Of a stretch of DNA of 64,000 nt, positions 21,739 through 30,485 are shown piece after piece. The notes under the pieces were generated by a model. The model saw only the letters and a list, made by a program, of their open reading frames with translations. It had not been told where the DNA came from and did not search any database. Position 1 is the first letter of the stretch. The number at the start of each line of letters is the position of its first letter. The position numbers were made by a program, and so were the translations under genes. Source of the stretch: Polyangiaceae bacterium (GTDB taxonomy: Bacteria > Myxococcota_A > Polyangia > Polyangiales > Polyangiaceae); the NCBI GenBank assembly GCA_044376115.1, contig JBILLK010000001.1:256001-320000 (forward strand). Reading direction: 5' to 3'.

Positions 21739-22839
21739 ATGACTTGGTTGGTCGCGATTCTGGGGCTTGGCCTGTTGATGATCGTCCACGAAGCTGGGCA
21801 CTTCTTTGCCGCGCGAGCGTTTGGTTTGCGCGTCTTGAAGTTCTCGGTTGGGTTCGGTCCTACCTTCTTCAAGGTCGAGCCGGAGGACGGTCACTACTAC
21901 CTGAATACGGTGGGTGGTCGCATCAAGGTCAAACTGTGGAAGCACAACCCTGAGAAGCACGGTCCAACAGTCTTTCAGGTGGCGATGATCCCGTTCTTCG
22001 CCTTCGTTCAGATCGACGGGATGAACCCACTCGAGGAGAGCGCGCCGGACGACAAAGGCTCCTATGCGAACGCCTCGCTGCTGGCTCGGGTCAGTACGAT
22101 CATCGCGGGTCCCTTGGCCAACTACGTCTCGGCGTCGTTGTTTTTCTTTTTGCCGGCCTACTTTGCCGGAATGCCTCCGGGCCCCGAGGATCGCTTCGTT
22201 CGGCCCATCCCGGACAGGCCTGCCATCGCCGCCGGCTTCCAAGAAGGTGATGAGATCGTGGAGGTCAACGGCACCCGCGTGAAAACCTGGGCGCAGATGA
22301 GCGAACACATCTCCTCGGCAAAGGAGGAGATCCCGATCGTCGTTAAGCGCAACCAGGAGGAGTTGACCTTGCGCGTGAAACCAACGGTCGTTGAAGACGG
22401 TCGTTCCATCATTGGCGTCGCGCCCTTGCCGCGCAAAGCGGACTTTAGTTCGGCTGGTAAGCACGCCATCGTGGCGCCCACACGGGCTGTCCGCGAGCAG
22501 CTCTCTTCGCTGGGCAAGCTCTTCACCGATAGCGACCAAGTCAAGCTCGGCGGTCCCAAAGCGATGGTCGAGACGATGAACGAGGCTGCCAAGCACGGCT
22601 GGGCCGACTTCGTGACGTTCCTCGGCCTGCTCTCCACCATGCTGGCGGTGTTCAACCTGCTGCCGGTCCCAGCGCTCGACGGCGGCCGACTGATGTTCCT
22701 CAGCTATGAAGCGGCCACCCGCAAGCGGGCGAATCCGACGGTTGAGATGCAGATCCACGCGCTTGGCTTCGTCGTTCTGTTCGCGGTGATGATCTACGTC
22801 ACGCTGGCCAACGATTTCAACCTGGGCGGCTCGAAGTAG
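21739..22839 (+). CDS. rseP: RIP metalloprotease RseP (M50, site-2 protease) with PDZ domain
   Basis: HEAGH, FSVGFGP, AGP.AN, PDZ motif AGFQEGD.I..VNG, and NLLPVPALDGG. Confidence 0.9.
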   Translation: MTWLVAILGLGLLMIVHEAGHFFAARAFGLRVLKFSVGFGPTFFKVEPEDGHYYLNTVGGRIKVKLWKHNPEKHGPTVFQVAMIPFFAFVQIDGMNPLEESAPDDKGSYANASLLARVSTIIAGPLANYVSASLFFFLPAYFAGMPPGPEDRFVRPIPDRPAIAAGFQEGDEIVEVNGTRVKTWAQMSEHISSAKEEIPIVVKRNQEELTLRVKPTVVEDGRSIIGVAPLPRKADFSSAGKHAIVAPTRAVREQLSSLGKLFTDSDQVKLGGPKAMVETMNEAAKHGWADFVTFLGLLSTMLAVFNLLPVPALDGGRLMFLSYEAATRKRANPTVEMQIHALGFVVLFAVMIYVTLANDFNLGGSK

Positions 22840-22842
22840 CGC

Positions 22843-23706
22843 GTGGACGGAGAGGCTCCGTCTGCTCCGTCGGTGATCGAGGCCGACGCCGCTATCGAAG
22901 CGCCCTTTGATCCGGGCGCTCCTGCAACGTTACCTCCCCTCGCGCACCGCTCGGTGTTGCTCGACCTCGACTACACGGGCGCGGGCATCGCGGAAGACAA
23001 TGGGTCAACCTTCGCGATTCTGGCGCGAGTCGGAGGTGAGGTGCCGATTTACGAGGACCGCTGGCACGCCGGCTTCGCGTGGGACTTCGTATCTGCGGCG
23101 ACAGCGGGTGAGGGCCGCGCGTTGGTGTACGGCAATCCGGAGGTTTGGCTGCGTGGGGTGAACCTGCATGAGAGCGGCCTTGGCGCGGGCGGTGGGCTCG
23201 GCGTGGTCGTGCCGTTACCGCGCCAGAGTTCCTCGCGCGAGCTCGGCGTAGTCGACAACATCCGTGTGCTACGGCCCTGGGACACCGGCACTTGGAAGAG
23301 TGAGATGCTCACCTTTCGACCGTCCTTCGATCTGCGATACCTGTTCAACCCCTTCAACTTCCAAGTCCGCCAAGGGCTTGATTGGTCCTACGACTTCGAT
23401 GCAGCCCGTTCTGACCTCGTGGCTCGGATTGGAACCTACGCCGGGGTGGACTTGGTCAAGTCGATCACCGCGGGCGTCGAGCTCTGGCAGACGTACTCCA
23501 TCACCGCGGACGTCGAGGACAACCAACGTGCTGCCTTTACGCTTTCCCCGTTGATTCGCTTTCGCGTCGATCCAATCGAGCCGGGCTTGTCGTTGCTGGT
23601 TCCACTTTCAACGCCGCTCGAGGGCATCGCAACAGGGTATTTCGCGGTCCGCATTCACGTGCGTATGGCGCTTGGGAAGACGACAGCCGTAACCTACGAA
23701 CCGTGA
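22843..23706 (+). CDS. Hypothetical protein, probable beta-barrel
   Basis: Amphipathic beta-strand pattern; operonic with rseP (3-bp gap). Confidence 0.6.
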   Translation: MDGEAPSAPSVIEADAAIEAPFDPGAPATLPPLAHRSVLLDLDYTGAGIAEDNGSTFAILARVGGEVPIYEDRWHAGFAWDFVSAATAGEGRALVYGNPEVWLRGVNLHESGLGAGGGLGVVVPLPRQSSSRELGVVDNIRVLRPWDTGTWKSEMLTFRPSFDLRYLFNPFNFQVRQGLDWSYDFDAARSDLVARIGTYAGVDLVKSITAGVELWQTYSITADVEDNQRAAFTLSPLIRFRVDPIEPGLSLLVPLSTPLEGIATGYFAVRIHVRMALGKTTAVTYEP

Positions 23707-24437
23707 AGAGTCCGTGGCAGTCACGAGCGATGCTGACGCTGATGGTTGGCGCATTTCTCAGCGGCGCCGCAGGGTGCTCAACCACCAAAGTCAGTTTGCG
23801 AGAAGGTCCGCGTGAGTACGTGGCCACCGACTATGAGGACGTACTCGAAAATTGGACGCGCTCGAGTGACCTCATCACCCTGCGCGATCTCGACAACTTG
23901 CTCAAACCGACTGCAACCTTCGAGTCGTGGGACTTTCGCTGGTCGTACGTCATTCGCTACGTGGACGACTATCGTGTGACCGTAGATCAGCGGAAGAAGC
24001 TGCTCGACTCGACGCTCGCCGAGACGAAAGACGCGCATCACTTCTTCGTGGCGATCACCGGGGGGGAGCGTCGTCAGAACGATCTGACCAAACCCGATAG
24101 CGCTTGGATTGTCCGGCTGATCGACAGCACCGGGAATGAGGTCGCGCCCAACGACATCAAGATCATCAAGCGACCGAACGCTATTGAGCGCACGTACTAC
24201 CCGTACATCACCGTGTTTCATCAGGTCTTTCGCATCCGCTTTCCACGCGCCAACGTGGACGGAAAGCCTTCGATCGCGCCCAACGCCGAGTGGTTTGGTC
24301 TGCGTTTTGCCGGCGCCCAAGGCTCAACCGAGCTTGTCTGGGACATGGACCTGGACGAGCCGCGAACGGAGGCTCCGGCTCAGCCCAGCCCCGCTCAAGG
24401 CGCGAGCCCCGACGCCTCCGCTTCACCGCCGCCTTAG
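23703..24437 (+). CDS. Hypothetical lipoprotein
   Basis: AAGC lipobox; 4-bp overlap with the previous gene. Confidence 0.7.
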   Translation: MKSPWQSRAMLTLMVGAFLSGAAGCSTTKVSLREGPREYVATDYEDVLENWTRSSDLITLRDLDNLLKPTATFESWDFRWSYVIRYVDDYRVTVDQRKKLLDSTLAETKDAHHFFVAITGGERRQNDLTKPDSAWIVRLIDSTGNEVAPNDIKIIKRPNAIERTYYPYITVFHQVFRIRFPRANVDGKPSIAPNAEWFGLRFAGAQGSTELVWDMDLDEPRTEAPAQPSPAQGASPDASASPPP

Positions 24438-24447
24438 CAGCGTCGCT

Positions 24448-26910
24448 TCACGAGATCCGCAGCAACTCAAGCAACGTTGGCAGCACCGAGAAGAGTTCGA
24501 CCGTGCCCATGCGCGTGGCTGAGAGCACCACCGCACCCTCGCTGCCAGCAACCAAATCTCCGGAGAGCGCACCGCCCTCGAGCGCGAGTTGCGGCAAGAC
24601 GAAGTCTCCAGCGCCAAACTCGCTACCATCGGCGAGAACGAGGGTGCCTGAACCAACGACGGTGAGGCCAGGCAGCTCAGCGCCAGCCGCGACGAACACC
24701 GAACCCGCCTCGATCGATCGCGCAGACATCCGCTCGAGCGCCGCAAAACGACTGCTCTCATCGAGATCTCCCAGCGGCCCCATGGTTGAACCTGCGAGGG
24801 CGGACAGCCGGTCGGAGTGCCGCACGAGCTCGTCGCGCACCCACGAGGCGTTGACCAACGCTGCGTCCAACGCTGCGCGGTCCCAGGTCGCGAGCTTTGA
24901 GGCGCCGGTCGCCACCACTCGAATCCTGGTCGCGTCCGAACGACTCACGAGCGCGGGCGCCAGAGCACCGACTTGCACGTGCTGAGCAGCCGCGTCGGAG
25001 ACGGTGGCGCAAACGACAGCCGAACCATTGAGCAGCAAGATGGCACCGGTCGAAGCGACCTCCTCCTCTGCGCCAAGCTCGACGATTCGGGCTTTCTCCA
25101 ACAACACGCCAAAAGCTGCGGGCGTGAGATCGGTAAGGCCTTCCACCGTCTCGAGCGCGACGCCGTGCAGCTGAAATGAAGCCGGTGGAGAGCTAGCGCG
25201 CGGCGGGGCGGGCGGCGGGGTGGAGGGCGCCACCACTGGCGTTGGAGCAGCTGGCGCTGGCGCTGGAGCGGCAGGCGAAGGCTGCGGGGGTGGAGCTGGC
25301 GCTGGTGGAGTCACCGACTCAATTGGCGCGCTTGGTGGACGCGAACGCGGGCGAACCAAAGGCTCTGAAGCGCCTGCAGATGGGGGGAAAGAGGGGGCTG
25401 GTTCACTCAAGCGTCGCGAAACAGCGGCTAGCGTTGCCACCTCGGGAGCCACCGGCGTTGCATCGATCACCGCCGACACCGACTTCGGCTCCTCGGCGGG
25501 CGGGGCCACACTCGGCCGTGCAGGAAGGGGTAGTCGCGGCTGAACAGTTGGCCGCCGCTGTGCAGCCGGAAGAGTAGCAGGCGGCGGCTCACTGCGATCT
25601 TCGCCAGGCGCGCGCACAGCGAATGGAGCCGGTGGCGGGACGCTCTTGCGCTCACCTTGGCTCGGCGGCCCAATCGAAGCGGAGCGGGGCTGGATGGTTG
25701 GCCGGCGCGGAGGTGGCGGCCGCGCGACGGTTTGTTCTGCGGCACCAACCGACTTGTTGTCGGCCGGGACCTCCAGCTTTGGCTCAGCAGCCCTCGGCTC
25801 CGCGGGCTTCGGCTCCGCGTGTTGTGACGCGGGTGCAGGTTCCGCTCGTGACGCGGGTGCAGGTTCCGCTGCTCGTGACGCGGGTGCAGGTTCCGCTCGT
25901 GACGCGGGCGCAGGTTCCGCTCGTGACGCGGGTGCAGGTTCCGCTCGTGACGCGGCCTCGAGAGTGGCCTCGGTTGCCCGCTTGCTCTCAGGGCTTTCGG
26001 GGATAGCGGCCAGGATCGTCCCGGGGAAGGTGCCCGAGCGCTTTGGCGGAGGCGGAGGCGGTTTGCGCTTGAGCGTGACCTCGAGCGGTGGTGCCGAAGT
26101 GAGCACGTCGGCGTCGTCAGGGCCGGTCAAATCGCTGCGGTTGTGCACCGTTCGCGGAGGCGGATCACTCGGGGGAAGGTCATCGGACCAAGGGTCGAGA
26201 ATCGGTGCGCGTGGACGCTTCTTCGCCACCACCCGTTCAATGCGTGCGGCCCGCTCTGCGTCCGCTTGGCTTGGCGCCTGGGTGACCACCGCCGGTGCAG
26301 CATGGCCGCCTGAGCGCAACAACGACTCGTTAACAGTGGGCTTGCGAGATGACTCACGCGCGTCGTCCGCGAGTGCGCCCAATCTCGAGACAGCGGCGGG
26401 AAGCGTTTGGGCTTGCGGCCGTGAAGCCTCCGCGCGCGACGCATCATGGCTTTCCGGCGGGCTGCTCGGCCTCCGTGTCGATGGGAAGGTCTGCATCGGT
26501 CTCGAGGGAGGCGTCTCACCCTTGGACGAATTGAGCAGATCGACCGGTGGCATCAACCGCAGGTCGTTCGTCTCCTCCTCGATGAACTCCGGTTCGAGCT
26601 CCATCGTTGGCTGCGGCTGCCGGCGAGCTTCGGACCGCATCGCGATCTCACGTGCTGGTTCCTCGGGAGAAGCCTCAGCTCTTGGCGAGGGAATCAGCCA
26701 ATGGTCGAGGTCAGCTGCGTTCTTCTTCAGGGCTTCGGCGCGAGCCTGATTCCCTGCGGCTGAGGCCGCGTCCGCAGCACGGCGCAACCAAACGAGCGCT
26801 TCTTTGCGTTCGCCGCGGTTCCACAACGCTGTTGCGGTCTGGAGTGCCCAAGCAACGTCTTCGACGTCTTCAGGCAACGCATCTGGAAGGAGCGAGATCT
26901 CATGCCCCAT
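24448..26910 (-). CDS. Protein with short helical N-terminus, long Pro/Ala-rich region and two degenerate cNMP-binding-like domains
   Basis: The C-terminal ~240 aa shows cNMP-like patterns (L..L.......L....R...L..EE; F..AG....GL.VV..G.L......FG.GDF). Confidence 0.65.
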   Translation of the reverse strand: MGHEISLLPDALPEDVEDVAWALQTATALWNRGERKEALVWLRRAADAASAAGNQARAEALKKNAADLDHWLIPSPRAEASPEEPAREIAMRSEARRQPQPTMELEPEFIEEETNDLRLMPPVDLLNSSKGETPPSRPMQTFPSTRRPSSPPESHDASRAEASRPQAQTLPAAVSRLGALADDARESSRKPTVNESLLRSGGHAAPAVVTQAPSQADAERAARIERVVAKKRPRAPILDPWSDDLPPSDPPPRTVHNRSDLTGPDDADVLTSAPPLEVTLKRKPPPPPPKRSGTFPGTILAAIPESPESKRATEATLEAASRAEPAPASRAEPAPASRAEPAPASRAAEPAPASRAEPAPASQHAEPKPAEPRAAEPKLEVPADNKSVGAAEQTVARPPPPRRPTIQPRSASIGPPSQGERKSVPPPAPFAVRAPGEDRSEPPPATLPAAQRRPTVQPRLPLPARPSVAPPAEEPKSVSAVIDATPVAPEVATLAAVSRRLSEPAPSFPPSAGASEPLVRPRSRPPSAPIESVTPPAPAPPPQPSPAAPAPAPAAPTPVVAPSTPPPAPPRASSPPASFQLHGVALETVEGLTDLTPAAFGVLLEKARIVELGAEEEVASTGAILLLNGSAVVCATVSDAAAQHVQVGALAPALVSRSDATRIRVVATGASKLATWDRAALDAALVNASWVRDELVRHSDRLSALAGSTMGPLGDLDESSRFAALERMSARSIEAGSVFVAAGAELPGLTVVGSGTLVLADGSEFGAGDFVLPQLALEGGALSGDLVAGSEGAVVLSATRMGTVELFSVLPTLLELLRIS
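25824..25955. repeat. 24-bp coding tandem repeat, 5 full copies plus a partial one
   Basis: Unit GTGACGCGGGTGCAGGTTCCGCTC; one copy has a 3-nt insertion and one has a substitution; encodes (ASRAEPAP)n on the minus strand. Confidence 0.9.
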
Positions 26911-27013
26911 ATGGAACTCGGAAGAAGCACACGTATCACACAGCCTTGAGGATGTGCGTCATTTGACGTGACCCGTGCGCAGACACCTGGAGCCCCAATT
27001 GGACGGGCAACGT

Positions 27014-27253
27014 TCAGGCGGCTGCGGACTTCTTCACCCCGGAGCACGGTGACCCGGGCTCCTCCTGAGATGCGCGCGCACGTTCAGTGACCTCAGCAAC
27101 GCCAACCGTGGAAGGGCCTTCCCCCGGCATCCGACGAGCCAAGAACCCAATGAGCGTCAACCCAGCCGCACGAGCCTCTTGGGGGAGGTCACACTCGCGG
27201 AGGAAGCAAGCAAGCTCAGCAATAAGGCGCGTGCGATCGCACTCGGAACGCAT
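27014..27253 (-). CDS. Small hypothetical protein (79 aa)
   Basis: ATG at 27253; helical core RLIAELACFLRECDLP..AR.AGLTLIGFLARR; occupies an otherwise empty gap. Confidence 0.5.
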   Translation of the reverse strand: MRSECDRTRLIAELACFLRECDLPQEARAAGLTLIGFLARRMPGEGPSTVGVAEVTERARASQEEPGSPCSGVKKSAAA

Positions 27254-27406
27254 CGCCCGTAAATGAAGCAACAGACGAACAAAGTCAAAGGGGACGTTGC
27301 GATTTGTGTTGCAATTGTTGAGAAGAGCGTGCTTCCCCGTCCACGCAAGAGTCATGCCCCCGGCCTAGAGCTGCGTGTTCACTGCTCGGCGTCGCCAACA
27401 AAGACG

Positions 27407-27431
27407 ACCGCGCGCCCTTGTGAGGCGCGGT
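27407..27431 (-). terminator. Hairpin immediately after the ftsK stop
   Basis: ACCGCGC (27407-27413) pairs with GCGCGGT (27425-27431); weak U-tract on the minus strand. Confidence 0.4.
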
Positions 27432-30209
27432 TCAAATCGGATCGATCAGGACTTCGCGATCCTTCGCCCCATTGGCTGGGCCAACGAGCCCACGTCGCTC
27501 CATCGTCTCAACGAGTTTTGCGGCGCGGTTATAGCCAATCGCAAGCTTGCGCTGCAGCCACGAGGTCGAACAGCGTCGCGTCTCTGCAACGATGCGGATG
27601 GCCTGGTCGTAGAGGGCGTCGGCCTCGCCATCGTCTTCGTCGGCTGCAGAGCCTTCCTCATCACGCGGCTTGAGGATGTTCTCGTCGTAAACGGGCTTGC
27701 CCTGAAGGCGCAGGAAGTCGGTTACTTTCTGGGTTTCCTCTTCGCTGATGAACGGACACTGAACGCGTCGCACGTCGTTGGTGCCATTCATCTTGACCAA
27801 CATGTCACCGCGACCGAGCAGGTGTTCGGCGCCCTGCTCATCAAGGATGGTGCGCGAATCCACCTTCTGCGAAACGCGGAAAGCCACGCGGGTGGGGAAG
27901 TTGGCTTTGATCATGCCCGTGATCACATCGACGCTGGGCCTCTGGGTCGCCAGGATCACGTGCATGCCTGCAGCACGAGCCTTTTGAGCCAAGCGAGCCA
28001 CGCTAGCTTCTACTTCTTTGCCCTGCTGCATCATGAGGTCGGCGAATTCGTCGACCACGATCACGATGTACGGAAGCTTGGCGATGGGCTCGACATCACT
28101 GCCATCCTTCGCCTGATCGACGTCGATCGACGTACCGTCCGCTGCTTGTGCAGAGACCTTGGTCACCGGCGGCTTGGGGGCCTTCGCCTCGCCGCGCAGA
28201 ACCTTCGCAACAAAGCCGTTGTAGGTGGTGATGTTCTTGGTGCCTGCGTTGGCAAACAGCTGATAGCGCCGCTCCATTTCATCCACCGCCCAGCGCAGCG
28301 CGTTGGAGGCTTGCTTCATGTCGGTCACCACCGGAAGCAGCATGTGCGGAATGCCGTCGTACGGCGCGAGCTCGACGACCTTGGGATCGATCATCAGCAG
28401 CCGCAGTTCTTCCGGCGTTCGACGATAAAGCAGGCTAACCAGAATGACGTTGAGACCGACGCTCTTACCTGCGCCGGTGGCACCAGCGACGATCACGTGT
28501 GGCATCGAAGCGAGGTCGGCAAAGTAGGGCGCGCCGACGATGTCGCGCCCCATCACGCACGGAAGCGGCGCCGCCATCTCGATGAAGCGACGGTCTTCCA
28601 CGAGCTCTCGGAAACTCACAGGGGCGCGCTTGGGGTTGGGGACCTCGAAGCCGATGCGGTTCTTGCCGGGGATCGGCGCGATGATGCGCACCTTGCGAGA
28701 CAAGCCGAGCGCGAGATCGTCGGCCAGGCTCGCGACCTTCGAGACCTTGGTGCCAGCGGCGGGAACGACTTCGAACGTCGTCACGGTGGGGCCAGGGTGA
28801 ATCTCTTCGACCTTACCGCTCACGCCGTAGTCGGAGAGCGTCTTCTCCAAGGCAACCGCCGTGGAACGCAGTTGGTCGCCGTTGACCTCGAAGGAGCTGA
28901 GATCTTCGGCAGGGTCTAGAAAGTCGAAGGTCGGCAACCGGAAGCCATCACCAATCGCCGGCACGACTTTGATGTCGACCTTCTCGACCTCGCGCGCGGC
29001 CGAGGTATCGACGATCACGATTCCAGCTGCCGGCGAGGGCTCTACCACGGGCTTCGCTGGCGCTTCCTTCGCAGGCACTTCCTCGGCCAACTCGGGCTCC
29101 GGAGTCTCTAGCTTTTCGGGCGTCTCAAGCTTCGCTTTGGACTTTGGAGCTGCCTTCGTCGGGTCGCTCACCGGCTTCTTGGGAGCAACGACTTCCACCG
29201 GCATGATCGGCGAGGGCGTAGGCACATCTTCGAACGTGACCAACTCGCGCTTCTTGCCGCGCTTGGGAGCAGGGCTTTCGGCTACGACCGCAGGCGGGGC
29301 TGGCGCGACTTTGGCCGCAGCACGCGGGGCCGGAGCTGGAGCGGGCGGCTCATCAAAGCTGGGCCAACCGGGGGAAAGATCGTTCTTCGTGCGGGGAGCT
29401 ACTTTGCCGACGTCACGGGTCAACTGACCGTCGACGTCGCACAGCGTCGCGATGATCGCCTCTTGATCCTCTTCGACGATGGTCGGCACCGACGAGGCCT
29501 CTTTCTTGGAGCGCTCGAGTTCGGCGTGCTCGCGTGCCTCGATCCATGCCTCGTGTAGGGTGCGCAGCCCGGCGAACCCGCGATCGGCGATCAAGTTCGC
29601 AAATCGCGCGGCCGTCTTCAAAGCCTCGATGAAGGAGAAGGACGCTCGATTGATCAGGATCAGCGCGATCAACGTCACGCCGATGATGAACGAACCCACC
29701 GCGCTGAAGAGCGCTCGCATGAGCTCGCCGGCGAGCTCACCGATCGAACCGGCGATCGGCATCGCTTGGTGAATCAAGCTGCCGGCAAATGCGACGTGCA
29801 GCAGCGCAGCAGCGAGCGTTGCCACCGCAGTATCGCCCGCCACGCGAAGAGCCAGGCGTCGATGAAACGCCCCATCCGCTCGCTCGTTGCGGTCGAGCAG
29901 CGGCATCCCGATCAGGATCAGCTCGAGCGGCAACAGCCAAGCAACAGCCCCAACCGCAGTAACCAAGAGTTCGGCGATCGACGCGCCAACAGGACCGACC
30001 CAGTTCCGTCCTTCGATGTGGGGGCGCATCGGGTCGCAACGAAACGATAACAACGCCAACGTCGTGTAAAGGGCGCTCGCAAACAGCAGCACGGCAGACG
30101 CCTCGCGGGCGAACGAGTGCGCCATACTGCGTGCACTGGCAGGCGAGGTCGTTTCGGCGACCGTCGCGCCTTCACGCTTGGGTGCAGTGGCCAACCAGGG
30201 GATCTTCAA
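27432..30209 (-). CDS. ftsK: DNA translocase FtsK
   Basis: N-terminal 4TM region with NWVG.VG, linker, GATGAGKS, DEFADLM, ATQRPSVDV and gamma domain STS.LQR.L.IGYNRAA. Start codon is uncertain. Confidence 0.97.
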   Translation of the reverse strand: MKIPWLATAPKREGATVAETTSPASARSMAHSFAREASAVLLFASALYTTLALLSFRCDPMRPHIEGRNWVGPVGASIAELLVTAVGAVAWLLPLELILIGMPLLDRNERADGAFHRRLALRVAGDTAVATLAAALLHVAFAGSLIHQAMPIAGSIGELAGELMRALFSAVGSFIIGVTLIALILINRASFSFIEALKTAARFANLIADRGFAGLRTLHEAWIEAREHAELERSKKEASSVPTIVEEDQEAIIATLCDVDGQLTRDVGKVAPRTKNDLSPGWPSFDEPPAPAPAPRAAAKVAPAPPAVVAESPAPKRGKKRELVTFEDVPTPSPIMPVEVVAPKKPVSDPTKAAPKSKAKLETPEKLETPEPELAEEVPAKEAPAKPVVEPSPAAGIVIVDTSAAREVEKVDIKVVPAIGDGFRLPTFDFLDPAEDLSSFEVNGDQLRSTAVALEKTLSDYGVSGKVEEIHPGPTVTTFEVVPAAGTKVSKVASLADDLALGLSRKVRIIAPIPGKNRIGFEVPNPKRAPVSFRELVEDRRFIEMAAPLPCVMGRDIVGAPYFADLASMPHVIVAGATGAGKSVGLNVILVSLLYRRTPEELRLLMIDPKVVELAPYDGIPHMLLPVVTDMKQASNALRWAVDEMERRYQLFANAGTKNITTYNGFVAKVLRGEAKAPKPPVTKVSAQAADGTSIDVDQAKDGSDVEPIAKLPYIVIVVDEFADLMMQQGKEVEASVARLAQKARAAGMHVILATQRPSVDVITGMIKANFPTRVAFRVSQKVDSRTILDEQGAEHLLGRGDMLVKMNGTNDVRRVQCPFISEEETQKVTDFLRLQGKPVYDENILKPRDEEGSAADEDDGEADALYDQAIRIVAETRRCSTSWLQRKLAIGYNRAAKLVETMERRGLVGPANGAKDREVLIDPI

Positions 30210-30485
30210 TGGCGTTCAGTGGTTTTGGGTCTTCAGAGACGAAGGTTCTGCGCTGTTTCCACTAGAAGGCCAAGGCACCTGGGGCCAAGTTTGCATGAAC
30301 CTCGCTGCAAGATTGCCCTGCCGAGGGTTTCCCTTTATGTGGTGCTGGGGCTTCGAGGCTGGGAACTACTCTTGTGAGCAGTCCCCAGAGCCAACCCGTA
30401 GTCCGAGTTCCACTCAGGCAAAAAATCTTGGGCCTTTACGCACTCCACAAGTACGATGGCCGCTCCTTCGGGATGAACGACAAGA

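Noticed and set aside
25646..26749. 367-aa plus-strand ORF with RDAGAGSA repeats
   Set aside because: Antisense reading of the VNTR-containing gene at 24448-26910.
27375..28919. 514-aa plus-strand ORF
   Set aside because: Antisense shadow of the conserved FtsK motor domain.
30280..30295. Possible sigma-54 promoter TGGGGCCAAGTTTGCA toward the 30486 operon
   Set aside because: GG-N10-GC spacing fits, but the -24 element is poor and chance matches are common at this GC content; not called.
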